A stretch of 64,000 nucleotides of DNA from the NCBI GenBank assembly GCA_034669905.1, contig JAXMOL010000035.1, positions 1-64,000 of the forward strand, given 5' to 3'. Under the pieces are notes generated by a model that saw only the letters and a program-made list of their open reading frames with translations, did no database searches and had not been told where the DNA came from. This document shows, piece by piece, positions 59,002 to 64,000 of the stretch (position 1 is the stretch's first letter; the number at the start of each line of letters is the position of its first letter). A program made the translations under genes and the position numbers. Origin of the DNA: Candidatus Hydrogenedentota bacterium. GTDB taxonomy: Bacteria > Hydrogenedentota > Hydrogenedentia > Hydrogenedentales > JAEUWI01.

Positions 59002-60825
59002 GTGGAGCGCAGAAGCGCATTGGAAGAAGACAGTAGTAGTTCATCACGATGGACTCAACGAACCCTCATTATTTGTTGCTGGATCGGTGCATTCCTGGCG
59101 CTCAGCGGCCTGGGGCGTGATGCGGGTGCCGATGCCCCGGATCCCACGTTGGATATGGAAAACGTGGCGGTCGTGTTCACACCGGTGCTGGCCGAATTCC
59201 AGACCTTGGACGGCAATGACGATGGTTTTCTCTCGCAAGAGGAAATCCAGGCGGTTTACCCGGGCCTCAGCGCGATTCAACTGGAATCGATTGACGCCGA
59301 TGGCGATGGACTTCTGGCATTGGCGGAAGTGCAATCTCCTGTGTGGTCGAGCCTTGTCCCGTCGGTACGGGGCGGGTTTACGGGGCTGGATAGCGACGGC
59401 AACGGGCAACTGACCCTTTCTGAGCTTCAGACACGGTACCCGGTCGCTTCGGCGGCCTTTCTGGGCCACCTCGATGTAGACGAAAACGGTGTGCTGACCC
59501 TGTCCGAGTTGACGGTGGAAAGCGACGCGCCCCCCTTTCGCCCGGTGCTCCTGGTTGCCGTCGTGGTGTTGTTGGCCTTTTCCGCCTTTTTCTCTGCCTC
59601 CGAAGTGGCCTACTTTTCCCTGAGCCCCCTGCACATACGGGCTATCGGGGAGCGCACCGGCTTACTCGACCGCGAAGTGTCGCGCTTGTTGTCGCACCCC
59701 GGTGAATTGCTGACCTCGATCCTGATGGGCAATTCCATCGTCAATGTATTGCTGGGTGTAACACTGGCCCTTCCGGTGGAGCAGTTGTTTGAACTCATGC
59801 TTCCCCCGGCGTTTTCCTACCTCGCGGCCGTGGCCGCCTGTACGGCTATCCTGGTTATCGTCGGTGAGATCGTGCCCAAGCTGATGGTGGTGCGCAACAA
59901 CGAGTTGTATGCCCGTTGGGCGTCCTTTCCGTTGCGATTCTGCAGTGCCCTGCTCCTGCCCCTGCGCCACGGGGTGCTGTGGTTGATTGGGTTTCTGTTT
60001 CGCGTCACGGGGTTCAGCGACATGCGTCCGGCACCCTTCATGACGGATCAGGAGTTTGCCTCCCTCTTGTCAGAGGGCGAGGCAACGGGTGCCATCGAGA
60101 AGGATGAACGGGAAATGATCCAGGGCATCCTGAAGGTGAGCGAGTCGATGGTGCGGGAGATCTTGATCCCCCGGCCCGACATCGTGGCGCTGAATCAGGA
60201 AGCCAACGTGGAAGAAGCGCTCGCCCTGTTTATCGAACACGAATTCGCCCGCATACCGGTTTACGGTGAAAACCTGGATCAGATCACCGGGATACTGTAT
60301 GCCAAGGATCTGTTGTCCCACGTGGACCAGGGCGATATGAACGTGCCCATTACGCCCTTGCTCCGTCCGGCCCACTATGTGCCCGAGACCATGACCATTT
60401 CCGATTTTATGAAATCGGTGCAGCGGCTGCGAACCCATCTCGCCATCGTGGTGGATGAGTTTGGCGGCACCGAGGGACTGGTTACCCTCCACGATGCCCT
60501 GCGTGAAATTGTCGGGGAACTGGAAGTGGAAGACGAGACGGAAGAGCCGGCGGTGGTGCAACTGGAAAAAGATTTGTACGAAGTGGACGGTAGTTTTTCG
60601 CTGGACGAGCTGGAGGCCCTTACGGGGGTTCCGGTCAATGATGATGAGCACGCCACGGTGGCCGGATTCCTGATGGAGCAGAGTGACAAGGTGTTGGAAG
60701 TGGGTGACCATATACGCCACGAAGGCGTGCGCTACACGGTGGAAGCCGTGGAGGGCAAGCGTGTTTCCCGCCTTCAGATTCGTGTGGGTCGCCGCAAGAA
60801 CAAACGTTCCGGAGGGGCCGCCTGA
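59002..60825 (+). CDS. CNNM/CorB (DUF21-CBS-CorC) protein with an N-terminal four-EF-hand domain
   Basis: Hydrophobic N-terminus, four 12-residue EF loops, FFSASEVA, GEIVPK, CBS pair and VVDEFGG. Start may be TTG 59020. Confidence 0.9.
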   Translation: MERRSALEEDSSSSSRWTQRTLIICCWIGAFLALSGLGRDAGADAPDPTLDMENVAVVFTPVLAEFQTLDGNDDGFLSQEEIQAVYPGLSAIQLESIDADGDGLLALAEVQSPVWSSLVPSVRGGFTGLDSDGNGQLTLSELQTRYPVASAAFLGHLDVDENGVLTLSELTVESDAPPFRPVLLVAVVVLLAFSAFFSASEVAYFSLSPLHIRAIGERTGLLDREVSRLLSHPGELLTSILMGNSIVNVLLGVTLALPVEQLFELMLPPAFSYLAAVAACTAILVIVGEIVPKLMVVRNNELYARWASFPLRFCSALLLPLRHGVLWLIGFLFRVTGFSDMRPAPFMTDQEFASLLSEGEATGAIEKDEREMIQGILKVSESMVREILIPRPDIVALNQEANVEEALALFIEHEFARIPVYGENLDQITGILYAKDLLSHVDQGDMNVPITPLLRPAHYVPETMTISDFMKSVQRLRTHLAIVVDEFGGTEGLVTLHDALREIVGELEVEDETEEPAVVQLEKDLYEVDGSFSLDELEALTGVPVNDDEHATVAGFLMEQSDKVLEVGDHIRHEGVRYTVEAVEGKRVSRLQIRVGRRKNKRSGGAA

Positions 60826-62057
60826 TGTGGGTTGCCATTTCTCTATTCACACTGGGTATTTTGCTCAACGCTTTTTTTGCGGGCTATGAAACGGGCTTTG
60901 TCGCCAGTAATCGTATCCGGGTGCGCCACATGGTGGAGTCGGAAAACGATGCCCGAGCGACCCTGTTGCTCCACTATCTCACCCACCCGGAGCGGATGAT
61001 TACCGTCGTGCTGGTGGGTACCAACATGGCCTTGGTCATGGGGACCATTGCCCTGACCCGGGAAGTAGGCCCCCTGTGGAGCACGATTATTGCCACGCCC
61101 CTCTTCCTGGTGTTTGGCGAAGTACTTCCCAAGAGTGCCTTTCGCCTCCACCCCACCCGTTTCTCCCTGGCCCTGTTACCCCTGATTCGCTTTTTCGATC
61201 TGGTATTGGCACCCGTGGTGGTGCCCGTGTCCTGGCTATCGGCCAAACTGGTGTCCATGGTGGAGGGGGAAATGAAGGCGGAGGAGTCGCTCATGAACAC
61301 CGTGGAAGACATGCGCGTGTTGGTGGACGAGAGTGCGCACCGGGGGACGATTGAAGAAGAGGAAAAGGCGATGATCCACTCGGTCATCGATCTCCAAACC
61401 AAGTTGGCGAAAGAAGTGATGGTACCCCGCATCAATATGGTGGCCCTGCCCGAGACGGCGAGCCGCAGCGAATTGATTGCGAAGCTCGTGGAAAGCGGTT
61501 ATACCCGCCTCCCCGTCTACCGGGAGTCCATCGATGAAATCGTCGGTGTGGTCAATGCCTTTGATGTGCTGCGGGCACGGGAATCCTGCGAAACCATCGA
61601 GGGTTTTATCCAGGACGTACTCCATATCCCCGATACCATGAAGCTCGACGATCTGTTGGAGCGGATGCGGGAACACGGCAGTTCCATCGCGGTGGTAACC
61701 GATGAGTATGGTGGGACCGATGGGATTATCACGCAGGAAGATGTGTTAGAAGAGATCTTTGGCGAGTTTCACGACGAGTACGACAAAGACGAGACGTCCA
61801 TCCGCGAAGTGAGCCCAGGGGCCTTTGTGGTCGATGCCCACATGGAATTGGAAGTGGCGGCGGAAGTGATGGGGGTGGAGCTCGATGACGATGAGGTGGA
61901 GACGGTGGGCGGCTGGGTAATGCACCAGGTGGGTCGCATCCCGGCGACGGGCGAAGTGATACGTGACGACCCTTTCAAGATCACGATTCTGGAAGGCAGC
62001 GCCAACAGCATTTCGCGTCTGCGTATCGAGATCAAGGAAAAGCCGCCCGAGGACTAA
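60825..62057 (+). CDS. CNNM/CorB (DUF21-CBS-CorC) family protein
   Basis: TGATG coupling to the previous gene; FFAGYETG, GEVLPK, VMVPR and DEYGG. Confidence 0.9.
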   Translation: MWVAISLFTLGILLNAFFAGYETGFVASNRIRVRHMVESENDARATLLLHYLTHPERMITVVLVGTNMALVMGTIALTREVGPLWSTIIATPLFLVFGEVLPKSAFRLHPTRFSLALLPLIRFFDLVLAPVVVPVSWLSAKLVSMVEGEMKAEESLMNTVEDMRVLVDESAHRGTIEEEEKAMIHSVIDLQTKLAKEVMVPRINMVALPETASRSELIAKLVESGYTRLPVYRESIDEIVGVVNAFDVLRARESCETIEGFIQDVLHIPDTMKLDDLLERMREHGSSIAVVTDEYGGTDGIITQEDVLEEIFGEFHDEYDKDETSIREVSPGAFVVDAHMELEVAAEVMGVELDDDEVETVGGWVMHQVGRIPATGEVIRDDPFKITILEGSANSISRLRIEIKEKPPED

Positions 62058-62182
62058 ACCGGGTGGGGTGGGCGTAAATTAGAAAACGGGGGAAGCAGTG
62101 CGTAGAATATGGCGTGGTTTCCATTGGGTTGCGGTTTCAACCTTCCGCCAATCCCCGGGATAGTTCCCCAAGAAAGCGGTAC

Positions 62183-62920
62183 ATGAAACGAGCGAAAAAC
62201 GACGCCGAATACAACAGTCTTGCCAGCTTCATGCGGGTGTACTTCAAGCAGGTTCAGCGCTATGTGACGACCGGTGTCATGGTGTGGGTGCCCCTGTTCA
62301 TTACCATCTGGGTTGCCTGGCTTTTCGTTTCCAAAATTGCCCTGGCCATCCGCGTTTCCATGGGCCACGTGGAAAACTACGTGCGCAACGTGGGCGAGCG
62401 CGTCCCTTCCCTCGACTTTCTCCAGCACTTTCGCTTCGACTCCGATTTCGCGTCCATGGGCACGGGCTTGCTGCTGGCGGTTCTGCTCTTTTTGTGCACG
62501 GGCTTTCTCACCCGCTACCTCGTTGGACGGAAAATTATCGCCACGGGCGAAATGCTCGTGGGCAAGATCCCGCTTATCAGCCGGGTCTATCTTGCGGTGC
62601 AACAGATTCGCGATGTATTTGTAAACCGGGAAGGGGCCGTCTTTCAACAGGTCGTCCTCCTCGAATATCCCCGCAAAGGCATTACCGCCGTGGGCTTTGT
62701 GACGTCCGATGAGCAGGGCATCGTGCAACAGACATCGGGCCGTGTCCTTTCTGCTGTCTTCGTGCCCACGACGCCCAACCCCACCTCGGGCTTTCTCTTG
62801 TATCTCCCCCCCGAGGAGTTGACGCCCATGGATATGAGCGTTGAAGATGCGATGAAGCTGATCGTGTCGGGTGGTGCCTATATCCCGGGCCATTCCAAGG
62901 TCGAAGAGTCCCCCAGCTAA
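62183..62920 (+). CDS. DUF502 family membrane protein
   Basis: KIPLISRVY, VVLLEYPR, VFVPTTPNPTSGF and AMKLIVSGG. Confidence 0.88.
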   Translation: MKRAKNDAEYNSLASFMRVYFKQVQRYVTTGVMVWVPLFITIWVAWLFVSKIALAIRVSMGHVENYVRNVGERVPSLDFLQHFRFDSDFASMGTGLLLAVLLFLCTGFLTRYLVGRKIIATGEMLVGKIPLISRVYLAVQQIRDVFVNREGAVFQQVVLLEYPRKGITAVGFVTSDEQGIVQQTSGRVLSAVFVPTTPNPTSGFLLYLPPEELTPMDMSVEDAMKLIVSGGAYIPGHSKVEESPS

Positions 62921-62981
62921 CGGGTGCGGCGGTACGCCCTCGGGTCCGTCCACTGATATTTCAACCGCAGGAGAATTATTC

Positions 62982-64000
62982 GTGCGTCCTATCTGTTTTT
63001 CAGCCCCGAAGCAATGCAATCCCTGGCCTTGGGTCCGACGCGGTGTTCAACGGGCTCTCCCTGCCGTGTTGCTGCTGGCAACGGCGGTGACAGGGCTCTC
63101 CGGATGCGGGAGTAACGGGTCGGCCCCCCAGGACAACGTGTTGCGTATCAATATCAATGCGGAAGTGAAGGACCTCGACCCCCATCTGGTGACGGGTGTG
63201 CCGGAACACCGCGTTAACGGGGCCCTCTTCGAAGGGCTGGTGGATCTTGATTCGGCCACGCTGGCGCCCATACCCGGTGCGGCGAAATCGTGGGAAGTCT
63301 CGGAAGACAAGCGGACCTATACCTTCCACCTGCGGGAAGACGGCAAGTGGTCCAACGGCGAACCGGTAACGGCCCAGGACTTTTACTACAGTTACCAGCG
63401 GATGCTGACGCCTACCCTGGCGGCGGATTATTCGTATCTGCTGCACTGCATCAAGAATGCCAAGGCCTACAACGAAGGCACGTTGACGGACTTCCATGAA
63501 GTGGGCGTGAAGGTCGTTGATCCGCATACGCTGGTGATCACCCTGGAAAACCCCACGCCCTATTTCCTTTCCATGCAGATGCACCAGGCGTGGTACCCCG
63601 TGCACCAGGCGACGATTGAGGCCCACGGGGAAATGGATCAGCGGAATACCCGCTGGACCCGCGCCGGCAATCACGTCGGTAATGGCCCCTTTCGCCTGAC
63701 CGACTGGCGCCCCAATGAAGTGATCGAGGTGGTGCGCAATGAACACTATTGGGACCACGAGAACGTGCGTCTGGCGGGTATCCATTTTTATCCCATTGAC
63801 GACCTGCAGACCGAGGAGCGGAGTTTTCGTACGGGTAAGATCCAGATGACCGGGGAGGTGCCGCTGGACAAGCTGGCGGCCTATCGCAACGATAACCCGG
63901 AGGTATTGCACATCGACCCCTATCTCGGGGTCTATTTCTATCGTCTGAATACGACGAAGCCGCCTTTCGACGATGTACGCGTACGTCAGGCCTTGTCACT
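62982..64000 (+). CDS. oppA: Oligopeptide ABC transporter substrate-binding lipoprotein (partial, runs off the window)
   Basis: Not in the ORF track; translated by eye from GTG 62982 after AGGAG. Lipobox LSGC, DLDPH, ALFEGLV and SWEVSEDKRTYTFHLREDGKWSNGEPVTAQDF. Confidence 0.9.
   Translation, partial: MRPICFSAPKQCNPWPWVRRGVQRALPAVLLLATAVTGLSGCGSNGSAPQDNVLRININAEVKDLDPHLVTGVPEHRVNGALFEGLVDLDSATLAPIPGAAKSWEVSEDKRTYTFHLREDGKWSNGEPVTAQDFYYSYQRMLTPTLAADYSYLLHCIKNAKAYNEGTLTDFHEVGVKVVDPHTLVITLENPTPYFLSMQMHQAWYPVHQATIEAHGEMDQRNTRWTRAGNHVGNGPFRLTDWRPNEVIEVVRNEHYWDHENVRLAGIHFYPIDDLQTEERSFRTGKIQMTGEVPLDKLAAYRNDNPEVLHIDPYLGVYFYRLNTTKPPFDDVRVRQALS

Overview
High-GC bacterial chromosomal window with about 45 genes. 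I saw no rRNA, tRNA, CRISPR array, transposase or prophage gene. The lineage is a diderm, probably flagellated and rod-shaped; Ca. Hydrogenedentota or a PVC-adjacent group is only a guess. The accessory left half (1-33 kb) encodes a stand-alone secreted thioester alpha-2-macroglobulin-family protein, an Asp-box protein, oppBCDF, a Pcs-like synthase, a TauE exporter, tandem PQQ-type sugar dehydrogenases, DUF1800/DUF1501, divergent flgK/flgM, a metallophosphoesterase-propeller fusion, a Tat oxidoreductase, an Ntn acylase, a rhodanese and a Kelch-SSS transporter fusion. Its intergenic spaces are packed with modular palindromic REP-like repeats and 7-/9-mer arrays. The core right half encodes a DEAD-box helicase, mreBCD-mrdA-rodA-rng, an HD-GYP protein, rpoBC without flanking ribosomal-protein genes, a SurA-like PPIase, eno-ftsB-phoH-pgpH-like-ybeY, two CNNM/CorB genes, DUF502 and a partial oppA. 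Best leads: (1) the macroglobulin has an intact GCFEQ thioester, a complement-C3-like H-x-E motif and a GspG-pseudopilin-like motif next to the bait region; (2) a CNNM/CorB protein carries four EF-hands after an N-terminal hydrophobic segment; (3) rpoBC has its own promoter and His at the rifampicin-contact residue Q513; (4) phoH appears to use a non-canonical start codon.
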